Source: Candidatus Shapirobacteria bacterium
GTDB lineage: Bacteria > Patescibacteriota > Microgenomatia > UBA12405
Assembly: GCA_041665485.1 (NCBI GenBank)
Contig: JBAYIT010000001.1
Location: forward strand, 8,651 to 72,650
Reading direction: 5' to 3'
Length of the DNA stretch: 64,000 bases
Shown here: positions 20,417 through 28,322 of the stretch, piece after piece
Layout of the letters: every line of letters begins with the position of its first letter
Position numbering within the stretch: the stretch's first letter is position 1
Translations under genes and position numbers: made by a program
Notes under the pieces: generated by a model
Seen by the model: the letters and a program-made list of their open reading frames with translations, nothing else
What the model was told of the DNA's origin: nothing
The model's database searches: none

Positions 20417-21527
20417 CAAATTCGTTGGGGGCATGGAAATTGTCGCCAGTGGGGCCAAAGCCGGCAATAGTAGGAATCCCCTTCTTGATTAACATATAAC
20501 TTTCGTTAATCGGCCCGGAGCCTTTAATAATCGGTTTAATGCCAAAGGTCTGGTAATTTAATTTGGCGACAGCCTTAATAAATGGATCTTTGGGGTTTGA
20601 GAGAGCGGCGGGGACACTGTTTTTGATAATGATTTCAAAATGGCGTTTGGGAGTGGTTAATTTTTTGATAATGGCATTGATTTTGGTAATAATATTTTCG
20701 GCCGGAGTGTTGGGGAGAAGACGGATGTCGTAAAAAATTTTGGCAGTGTCGGGAACAAGGGACTCGCCCGATCCCCCGTCGATTAAAGTCGGAGTGGCAA
20801 TGGTTTTATAGCCGGGAAAATAGCGATGACGGGCGGGAAATTTAATTTTAGTAAATTCTTTTATAAACTCTAATAAACCTTCGATGGCGCTTTCGCCCTT
20901 AAGGCGCTCTTGCCATTCTTTGGAGCCACTGTGGGCGGCTTGCCCAAGGCATTTAAGCCAAAAACGGAGAACACCACGATGGCCGATATTGAGAGAATCA
21001 TGCTGGGAGTTGCCCCCGTAAGTGTAAATGGCGGCCTTAGCATTAAGGCCAAGAGTTAAAAGATGACGGAGGCCAAAATCAGAATCGCCGGCAATTTCTT
21101 CGTCGGCAACAGCAACAACTTTGACCAGATTGGGGTGGCCAAGGTCGGTAAGAATTTTTAAGATATAAAGATTGAGAGCGACACCGCCTTTGCAATCAAT
21201 GGCACCACGGCCAAAGATTTTGTTGTCAGTAATAGTGCCGGAAAAGGGCGAATGGGTCCATTTGGCAGGGTCACCAGCGGTAACAGTATCGGTGTGAGCA
21301 ACCAGTAAAAGCTCTTTATTTGAACTAAAACTTTGTCCAATAAAAATATTGGGGTGACGAGGATCTTTGGCAATAATTTTGTAAGGCAAATTAAGTTTTT
21401 TGGCTTCGGTGGCGATGACATCAACAACAGCCACTTCACTATCTTGGCCATTGACCGACGGGGCTTGAATGAGTTTTTGAAGGAAGTTGGTGAGGTCGGG
21501 GAGGTATTTGGAATAGTCGATCTCCAT
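20358..21527 (-). CDS. M20 family metallopeptidase/deacylase (ArgE/DapE-like), start placed at ATG 21527
   Basis: HTDTV, GRGAIDCKG, DEE and FHAPNE motifs. Confidence 0.9.
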   Translation of the reverse strand: MEIDYSKYLPDLTNFLQKLIQAPSVNGQDSEVAVVDVIATEAKKLNLPYKIIAKDPRHPNIFIGQSFSSNKELLLVAHTDTVTAGDPAKWTHSPFSGTITDNKIFGRGAIDCKGGVALNLYILKILTDLGHPNLVKVVAVADEEIAGDSDFGLRHLLTLGLNAKAAIYTYGGNSQHDSLNIGHRGVLRFWLKCLGQAAHSGSKEWQERLKGESAIEGLLEFIKEFTKIKFPARHRYFPGYKTIATPTLIDGGSGESLVPDTAKIFYDIRLLPNTPAENIITKINAIIKKLTTPKRHFEIIIKNSVPAALSNPKDPFIKAVAKLNYQTFGIKPIIKGSGPINESYMLIKKGIPTIAGFGPTGDNFHAPNEFANLDSLSASLEFLVNLARE

Positions 21528-21555
21528 GCTTGGATTATAACGATATAATACAGAC

Positions 21556-22161
21556 ATGAGGAAGATAATTGTGGTGACGGGATTGGGGGATGACGGCAAG
21601 GCGACAGCATTGGCAACAGTGGGATGGAAAAAATTAGAGTTGAGGCCGATTGTTTTTGTGCCTAAGTGGGAAAATAAGGAGGGGTTGGAATCAAAGTTGG
21701 CCAAATTATTGGAAATAATTGATAAGGAAAGTAAAACCGAAAAAATATTTTTATTAGGGATAAGTGCCGGGGCTAGTTTGGCAATGAATGCATTTATGCA
21801 AAGACTAGACAGATTGGAAAAGTTGGTAAGTGTGTGCGGAAGGTTAAGATTCGGCTGGTCGAGGGATAAAATCAAAAGGAAATTACAGGAAAATACTTTG
21901 AGTTATCTGGCCTTTAGAGAATCAGTGGAAATGCTAGAAAAAAATATCAAATATTTAGGAAAAGTTGATAGGAGAAGAATTATGACAGTGAGCGCTAAGT
22001 TTGGGGATGAAATGATTCCGAGAGGAACATCACAGTTGCCGGGGGCAAAAAATATTTTGATACCAACTATCGGACACTTGTTGTCGATTTTGTCGGCGAT
22101 GACAGCTAATTTCGAGCCAATTAGGAAGTTTTTGGTGGGAGAAAGTTCTGGCTTGGATTGA
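21556..22161 (+). CDS. Alpha/beta hydrolase
   Basis: GISAG nucleophile elbow; candidate Asp (GDE) and His (GH). Confidence 0.8.
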   Translation: MRKIIVVTGLGDDGKATALATVGWKKLELRPIVFVPKWENKEGLESKLAKLLEIIDKESKTEKIFLLGISAGASLAMNAFMQRLDRLEKLVSVCGRLRFGWSRDKIKRKLQENTLSYLAFRESVEMLEKNIKYLGKVDRRRIMTVSAKFGDEMIPRGTSQLPGAKNILIPTIGHLLSILSAMTANFEPIRKFLVGESSGLD

Positions 22162-22171
22162 TGTTTTCAAC

Positions 22172-22190
22172 TGGTCACAAAATGTGACCA
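22172..22190. repeat. Palindrome TGGTCACA-AAA-TGTGACCA
   Basis: Perfect 8-bp inverted repeat with 3-nt spacer, intergenic. Confidence 0.8.
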
Positions 22191-22273
22191 ACTGATTTTT
22201 ATCTTATTTTAGACATTTTATTCTGCTTGATGAAACGAAGAGGAAGTCTAATTGGGAAAATTGAAATTAATAG

Positions 22274-22858
22274 ATGAGACAATTGGTAGTGAAAACCGTT
22301 AAGGAAGAACATTTCTGTTTGGATATAGGTGATTTCCCAATAGATAAATATTTCCAAAAAGGAATTGACAAGGGTAAGAGAATGTTAATTGTGGGTGAAT
22401 CACCGGCTGAAAATGGATGGCGAAAATCTGGAAAAGCCTTTTATTCACCAGAAGGAAAACTATTGACAACTGGAAAGAGATTAAATGAGTTGTTGGATAT
22501 ATTTGATTTGGATGTCAGTAAATGCGGATTTACCGAATTGTCAAAATGTTTTATTGGCAACAACAGAAAAATCTTGGGTAGTTGTTGCAAAAAATGTTGG
22601 CCTATATTTGAGAAGCAAGTGGATAATGGGGATTTTCACTTGATAATTACCTTGGGTGTTATACCGGCCCAAATCATTGGAGACATTTTAGGAGAAGCGA
22701 TTGAAATGGGCATTTTGAAAGAAATAGAAATTAGAAATAGGCAAATTAAACTACTGCCGATTTACCACCCTTCTCCTGCCAACCCTTTCGGAAGGGAGAA
22801 GAACAGAAAGATTTTTGATAGGTACGATAAAGAAATAAGAAACCTTGTCTTAGGATAA
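22274..22858 (+). CDS. Uracil-DNA glycosylase superfamily protein
   Basis: VGESP motif A, ELSKC, and YHPSPAN motif B. Confidence 0.85.
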   Translation: MRQLVVKTVKEEHFCLDIGDFPIDKYFQKGIDKGKRMLIVGESPAENGWRKSGKAFYSPEGKLLTTGKRLNELLDIFDLDVSKCGFTELSKCFIGNNRKILGSCCKKCWPIFEKQVDNGDFHLIITLGVIPAQIIGDILGEAIEMGILKEIEIRNRQIKLLPIYHPSPANPFGREKNRKIFDRYDKEIRNLVLG

Positions 22859-22968
22859 TTTTGTAATGAGAGACCGACGATATTGGAAGGAAGTCAAGAT
22901 TACAACTTAATTATGACATGTTTTGGGTTGAATAAGGAGATTAAAAGAATAGGAGTAAAATATCAGGA

Positions 22969-23625
22969 ATGAATACCAAATATCGGCAAAAAATACTAAC
23001 TTTAACCAAAAATTATCGTGACAAACTAAATAAAAAGGATTTCAGCCACGATAGCGATCACTTTTTTAGGGTTGAAAGATTGGCAAAATTGATTGCTGAA
23101 CAAGAGGGGGCTGACATGGAAATCATTGAAGCTTCAAGTTTGATTCTTGATATTGCCAGAGACATGGAAGATATGGGAAAAGTCGAGGATCATGCAGAGG
23201 AAGGTGTAAATATTGCACGTAAAGTTCTTAAAGAAATTAATTTCCCTGCGGATAAAATTGAAAAAGTTTGTCATGCAATTTTTGTTCACCGAAGAAGTAA
23301 GGGTAGGGTAGCGGAAACAATTGAAGCAAAAATTTTAAGTGATGCGGATTTGTTAGACGCCATGGGGGCAATAGACGTAGCCAGATCGATTTCAAGCTCT
23401 TTACAAACCAAAAAATATAAGCGGCCAATTTACATCGATAAACCGTTCGAAACCGGTGATGGTGGTATTTCGGCTATTCACTTTATGATTTATCAATTGA
23501 AACATGAAAAACATCAACCAAGTAATTTCTTTACAAAAATGGGCAAGGAATTAGCTAAAGGAAGATATAAATTTATGAAAGAATATGTCGAAAGATTTAT
23601 TGATGAATGGCACGGAACGAAATAA
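22969..23625 (+). CDS. HD-domain family protein
   Basis: SHDSDHFFRV, DHAEEG, DADLLDAMGA; the HD dyad reads LD. Confidence 0.8.
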   Translation: MNTKYRQKILTLTKNYRDKLNKKDFSHDSDHFFRVERLAKLIAEQEGADMEIIEASSLILDIARDMEDMGKVEDHAEEGVNIARKVLKEINFPADKIEKVCHAIFVHRRSKGRVAETIEAKILSDADLLDAMGAIDVARSISSSLQTKKYKRPIYIDKPFETGDGGISAIHFMIYQLKHEKHQPSNFFTKMGKELAKGRYKFMKEYVERFIDEWHGTK

Positions 23626-23629
23626 GTGG

Positions 23630-23690
23630 TGAGTCCCGAGTGGCCCACCTTCGCCAAGGCTACGGCGGGTAAAAGAGTCGAATCCGACTG
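23630..23690 (-). repeat. Degenerate copy of the tRNA-Cys 3' end interrupted by a 31-bp hairpin
   Basis: TGAGTCCCGAGTG vs TGAGTCCCGGGTG (12/13), then the insert, then AGAGTCGAATCCGACTG vs GGAGTTGAACCCACCTG (12/17). Confidence 0.55.
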
Positions 23691-23699
23691 AGTTTATTG

Positions 23700-23770
23700 A
23701 GTCCCGGGTGGGAGTTGAACCCACCTGAACGGTTTTGCAGACCGCTGTATAACCGCTTTACTACCGGGAC
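23700..23770 (-). tRNA. tRNA-Cys(GCA)
   Basis: Acceptor GTCCCGG/CCGGGAC; anticodon arm GCGGT-CTGCAAA-ACCGT; T arm GTGGG-TTCAACT-CCCAC; discriminator T; CCA not encoded. Confidence 0.93.
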
Positions 23771-23853
23771 ATTAAACTGTCTTTGATGCGTAATTTTAAT
23801 GCATTTCGAGTGTTTTCGCCAGACTTTAGAAACAATTGAGGTAAAATTTGTGT

Positions 23854-24531
23854 ATGAACAATATAATTATTGCAGGCCTGATTTTGTTTTTATTTGCCTT
23901 TTTATTGACAATTGTCATAAAAAGAAACAATAGTGCATTAAAGTCTAGTAATAGTACCGTCATAATTGTCCTAGGATTAGGAGATAACCGAGAATCAAAA
24001 GTGGTGACTTACTTGTGGAAAGAACAGAGAATCAAAGTTGTATTTTTTCAAACAAACTGGAAGAGTGATGAAAATTATCAAGACAAACTAAATAGATTGT
24101 TAGTGTTAATTGACAGAGAGGCTAAATTGAACAGGGTATCATTGGTAGGGACGAGCGCGGGTGGAAGTATGGTTATAAACGCATACGCTCTAAGAAAAAA
24201 TACTGTTAATAAGATGGTTACGGTATGTTCTCGTCTAAAAAAAGGTCAAATTAAAGGATTTCGTGGATTTGAGGAAAGAACAAAAGGTTATCCGGCTTTT
24301 CGGGATTCAGTGATTTTGGCAGAAGAAGTTGAGAAATCATTTTCTGAAAATGATAGGCAAAAAATAATGACGGTACATTCGTTGCTGGGCGACGAATTAG
24401 TGCCTACTAATACAGCAATCATCGATGGGGCGAAAAATATAGTCGTGCCACTTGGAGAACATATGGTTAGTATCGCTTCTAGTTTAACGATATTTTCAAA
24501 ACCACTGGTAGAATTTATGGTTTCAAACTGA
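23854..24531 (+). CDS. Alpha/beta hydrolase with N-terminal TM, paralog of 21556-22161
   Basis: GTSAG, VCSRL, GDE and GAKNI motifs shared with the paralog. Confidence 0.8.
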   Translation: MNNIIIAGLILFLFAFLLTIVIKRNNSALKSSNSTVIIVLGLGDNRESKVVTYLWKEQRIKVVFFQTNWKSDENYQDKLNRLLVLIDREAKLNRVSLVGTSAGGSMVINAYALRKNTVNKMVTVCSRLKKGQIKGFRGFEERTKGYPAFRDSVILAEEVEKSFSENDRQKIMTVHSLLGDELVPTNTAIIDGAKNIVVPLGEHMVSIASSLTIFSKPLVEFMVSN

Positions 24532-24562
24532 CCACCACAAATGATACGAGTCGTCCTATTTT

Positions 24563-25558
24563 TTATTTCTTCTCGGCGCTGATGAGAACCATGAAGCCGT
24601 TGAGAGAGCGGACACAGGCGTGGGTGTAGATTTTGTTTAAAATGGCCGAATCTTTGGCTTGAGACCAGGTGGTAGCAATATCAATAGCAGAAGTGGTTGG
24701 TTCGAGGTTGAAGATATTTTCGCCGACGTGATTATAGCCGGTAAAATAAGTTCTGGAAGTTTGAGCATCAGCCATATCTTCGTAAAAGCCCTTGGAATCG
24801 TCATATTTACCAAAGTCGTTAATTTGAGAAAGCCGACGTTGGCTATAGGCACAGAGTTTTTGATCAACTAAAAATGGCTTTAATTTAGCCACAGTACGAA
24901 CTTCATTAAGTCGGTCAAAAACTTCTTGATTAAGGCTGTCTAGTTCAGACTGGGTTTGAGTAGGAAGAACTTCTTTGAATTCTTTTTTGATTTCGGGAAG
25001 AACTTGTTTTTTGAAAGTATCGGAATTCTTAAGAGCCAAACCCATGCCGAGAGCGGCTAGGGCACCACCAATAACAAGAATGGAGGGCAAAATCAGAAAA
25101 ATCGAAGAGAGGAAAAGTCTACGTTTGTTGTCGGTTTTAATTACTAGGGTGTGAGCAATTTTGTCATGCCAACCTTGCTTGCGACGATCAAAAGCGGCGG
25201 AGAGAAACCCGAGCATAAAAATTGAGGAGACGAGATAGCCGATGTAACGAAGGACACCGGTATTGACATCAATAGGACTGCCGTCTTCTTTAACAACTTT
25301 TAAACCCATGGCTCTTTTACCCAAAGTTTGGCCATTTTGTTTGGACCAAAAATAGATGGCATAAAGAGCAGAAATAAGCATGCTGGGAGCAAAAGAGGTG
25401 AAGTTAAAATCTTTACCGGTGGAGATAAAACTAAAGGAGACTGATCCAATAATCAGACCAATGATAACCCCGTCAATCATGTTGGCAACGTAGCGTTTCC
25501 AAAAACCGCCATAGCCAAACTCGGAAACAAAGGAATCTTGGGACATTTTTGTTTTCAT
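24563..25558 (-). CDS. RDD domain + CAP/SCP-like domain fusion
   Basis: GFWKRYVANMID, GQTLGKR, QGWHDKIA (RDD); LNEVR...L...VGEN...W (CAP-like). Confidence 0.8.
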   Translation of the reverse strand: MKTKMSQDSFVSEFGYGGFWKRYVANMIDGVIIGLIIGSVSFSFISTGKDFNFTSFAPSMLISALYAIYFWSKQNGQTLGKRAMGLKVVKEDGSPIDVNTGVLRYIGYLVSSIFMLGFLSAAFDRRKQGWHDKIAHTLVIKTDNKRRLFLSSIFLILPSILVIGGALAALGMGLALKNSDTFKKQVLPEIKKEFKEVLPTQTQSELDSLNQEVFDRLNEVRTVAKLKPFLVDQKLCAYSQRRLSQINDFGKYDDSKGFYEDMADAQTSRTYFTGYNHVGENIFNLEPTTSAIDIATTWSQAKDSAILNKIYTHACVRSLNGFMVLISAEKK

Positions 25559-25561
25559 GGA

Positions 25562-27280
25562 CTATTTTACCAATAATCCACCCCATTCGACTAGGGTGAA
25601 GCCGGTGCGGGCGGGAGCGGAGAGTTTTTGAGGAACTAAATCAACTGGTTTTTCCAAAGGAGCAAAATCAAGAAAAACCCGAATGGCCGTATCTGGCCGA
25701 GGAGAAACAGCCAAAGGCGCTAATTGATTCATCTCAACAGTGGTTAACCAAGTAAGACGAGTGTAGGCACTGGTAGGTAATTTTGACTGCCAGAATTCCA
25801 AAAAGTCGGCGGTTTCCTGCTGATTTAAACCGAGTTGGGAGAGGTGAGAAACAATAGTGGGAATTAAATCTTTTTTAGCCACCACAAATCCCCTGCCAGA
25901 AATGTCAGGATAGAGACCATGGCCCAGGCCTTCCCAAAAAAGTGAGGGGTAAGTTTGACCTTGATAATCAAGCTGGCCGTTTTTATGAGCCAAAACTGTC
26001 CAGCCATTTTGCGGATAAAGAGGTTCGGACTTAGTAATATCGGCGCCAACTTTGACAGTGACAGTGGTGTCGGTTTTGGGGTAAAGATAAATAACCGGCT
26101 TGCCACATTCGGCTTGTGGCCGATAGTCTTCATTGGAATAGATCTGCCAGTCACCCAAAGAGTCCCTAAAAAGAAAATGAGTCTTTTTAGTGAAAAAATC
26201 AGCATTAGAAAGGCTAGACTGATCTGTTTTGTCCATCAAATACGTTTTGTAAAGATGGGCAATAACTGGGTCGTCTGGACTGGAGAATGCATAAATGTCT
26301 AAAGTTTTGTTGATAAAGCTTAGAGTGCCAGCCTTAGTTAACCGATTGGGTAAATTTTCGTCAGTAAAAACATTACCCACTTCCGAACCACACCCACCAG
26401 TATTTCTCAAACCACTGGTAAACAGTGAAGAGTTTTTCTGCCCATCGTTCCACTTAATATCTGGTAGGCGATCATCGCCCATAATTTGGGGGTTATAAGA
26501 GTAGGTGGTAATAGTGTTGTCTTTAAGTTTTAAGTTGAATTGGCGATAAAACACGTCTTTTAGTTGAACGTATTCCTTTCCGTAATTTAAGTAAGTGGCA
26601 TAAATAGGTCCATATTCTGTGTCTGTAATAAGCTTCGGTTTATTTTTCTGAAGCTCGGTTATATCAGATGAGTTTCTGGCTGGTAAAAAAAGAGTACCAA
26701 TATTTAAATCGACGGTTTCCGGAGATACGATGCCATTAATTTGAGAGGTAAAAGCCTTGACTTCAGGATTGATCAGGACCAATAATTCATTATCGTAATT
26801 TCCGTCAGGTGAATAAATTCTAATTCCGCCACTCTGGTCAACAATGAATCTAAACAGGCTTTGATATGTTGCCATCCCGCACAGGTAATTTATATACATG
26901 TTGTAAAGTTTGGAGCCACTAGAAAATTCGGCGGTTTGGTGAAACTTTGCTGTCTTCGGATCGTAGCAAACTCCATCTGTGGGTAAGTTGGGACGAAATA
27001 CAGAAAGTTTGGCTACCTTTGGAAAAGACAACCATGTCGCACTTCCTAAATCAGAATTATCGATTTTTATTAATTCTGACGGTTGGGGTTGCTGAGATGG
27101 GATGATGGAGACTTCAGGAATAGTTGAAGTTGGCCCCATGGCGGGTGGAATAGAGGGAGTGGGGACGACGGAGGCGAGGGAGCGGTAACGGAGATAGAAA
27201 AAGATAGAGGAAGAAATGGCGGACAAAATAATAGTGGCAATGGCACCACCGAGGAGGGCGAATTTGAAGTTATTGGACAT
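25562..27280 (-). CDS. Membrane-anchored protein with C-terminal KPVIYLYP...EWGG domain
   Basis: N-terminal TM and Pro-rich linker; KPVIYLYP, LFWEG and VEWGG motifs of an uncharacterised family. Confidence 0.75.
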   Translation of the reverse strand: MSNNFKFALLGGAIATIILSAISSSIFFYLRYRSLASVVPTPSIPPAMGPTSTIPEVSIIPSQQPQPSELIKIDNSDLGSATWLSFPKVAKLSVFRPNLPTDGVCYDPKTAKFHQTAEFSSGSKLYNMYINYLCGMATYQSLFRFIVDQSGGIRIYSPDGNYDNELLVLINPEVKAFTSQINGIVSPETVDLNIGTLFLPARNSSDITELQKNKPKLITDTEYGPIYATYLNYGKEYVQLKDVFYRQFNLKLKDNTITTYSYNPQIMGDDRLPDIKWNDGQKNSSLFTSGLRNTGGCGSEVGNVFTDENLPNRLTKAGTLSFINKTLDIYAFSSPDDPVIAHLYKTYLMDKTDQSSLSNADFFTKKTHFLFRDSLGDWQIYSNEDYRPQAECGKPVIYLYPKTDTTVTVKVGADITKSEPLYPQNGWTVLAHKNGQLDYQGQTYPSLFWEGLGHGLYPDISGRGFVVAKKDLIPTIVSHLSQLGLNQQETADFLEFWQSKLPTSAYTRLTWLTTVEMNQLAPLAVSPRPDTAIRVFLDFAPLEKPVDLVPQKLSAPARTGFTLVEWGGLLVK

Positions 27281-28319
27281 AAGTTAGTGTACCAGTATTT
27301 AAATCGATTTTAAATTTAGGGTTGGAAAGATGAGGCGAGAGAAGAGATTTGAGTGAGTCTTTTTTGGCTTGGCCTATTTGAAAGAAAGTTTGATTATTTT
27401 TGGTAAAAATGGGAAGAAAAATTAAAGTGACTTTTGACTTGTCAATGGTGCCGGCAGTGACAAAATTGGGGGGAATTGAGAAAGGCGGAGGAATGGGTGA
27501 CTTTTTTAATTCTGTGCCGTAAAAGAAACGTTCACCAAGACTGGTTAAATTATCCGATTGGGAGATTGGCGGAGAAGACATAAAAGTAGTGGAGCGGTCG
27601 GGAAAAAGATTTGGCAAGAGCGAGAAGGAATAAGAGCCAAAAATGTGAGTGGTGGTTTCGGCATCAAAATTGTTAGCGAGAATTCCAGAATTGGTGTGGG
27701 CAAACAAGTGCCATTTTTTAATATTTTTTTGCAGGGCGTAATTAATTAGGAAATAAAGAGACTGGGGACTATCGACTTCGGCCTGTTGAATAAGTTTGGG
27801 ATCAAGATTATTTAGGGCTTTAAGAGTAAAACGGTCATGGACATTAGCAAGAGTGGCCGGGAGGTAGTGGGAAAAATCAACAGAGGCGAGGAGGAGACAG
27901 TTTTTTTGACAAATTTTAGCCACTTGGGAAATTAAGGGGTCGAGTTTGGAAAAAGAATACTTTTGGCCGATTAAAATGGGAAAAATTTGGGCGTTGGGCC
28001 AAACACTTTTGATATCTGGTAAGAGATTGTAAATAGTGTGATCGTTTCTAACGATGCCATTATTAAGATTTAGGTAGGGCGAAAGTTTAGTTTCTAGACC
28101 TTTGGCAAAATCGATTTGGGAATTAACTAATTGCCAATTGAGGTTGCCGTAAGAAGTCGATTTTTGGTAAGGAGAAAAGTGATCAGGACCAATGATAATG
28201 ATCGTTTCGACATTGGGATTTTGGCGGACAATTTGGGTGAGGTAGTCAAGACGGAGATTTTTGACCAGATTATGGTGGGGGACAACAAGGGCAAAGACGG
28301 CAGTTAATAAACCAAACAT
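27270..28319 (-). CDS. MEMO1/AmmeMemoRadiSam protein B family, exported
   Basis: VPHH, IGPDHF, DHTI, ASVDFSHY and EVDS motifs. Confidence 0.8.
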   Translation of the reverse strand: MFGLLTAVFALVVPHHNLVKNLRLDYLTQIVRQNPNVETIIIIGPDHFSPYQKSTSYGNLNWQLVNSQIDFAKGLETKLSPYLNLNNGIVRNDHTIYNLLPDIKSVWPNAQIFPILIGQKYSFSKLDPLISQVAKICQKNCLLLASVDFSHYLPATLANVHDRFTLKALNNLDPKLIQQAEVDSPQSLYFLINYALQKNIKKWHLFAHTNSGILANNFDAETTTHIFGSYSFSLLPNLFPDRSTTFMSSPPISQSDNLTSLGERFFYGTELKKSPIPPPFSIPPNFVTAGTIDKSKVTLIFLPIFTKNNQTFFQIGQAKKDSLKSLLSPHLSNPKFKIDLNTGTLTYVQ

Positions 28320-28322
28320 GGT

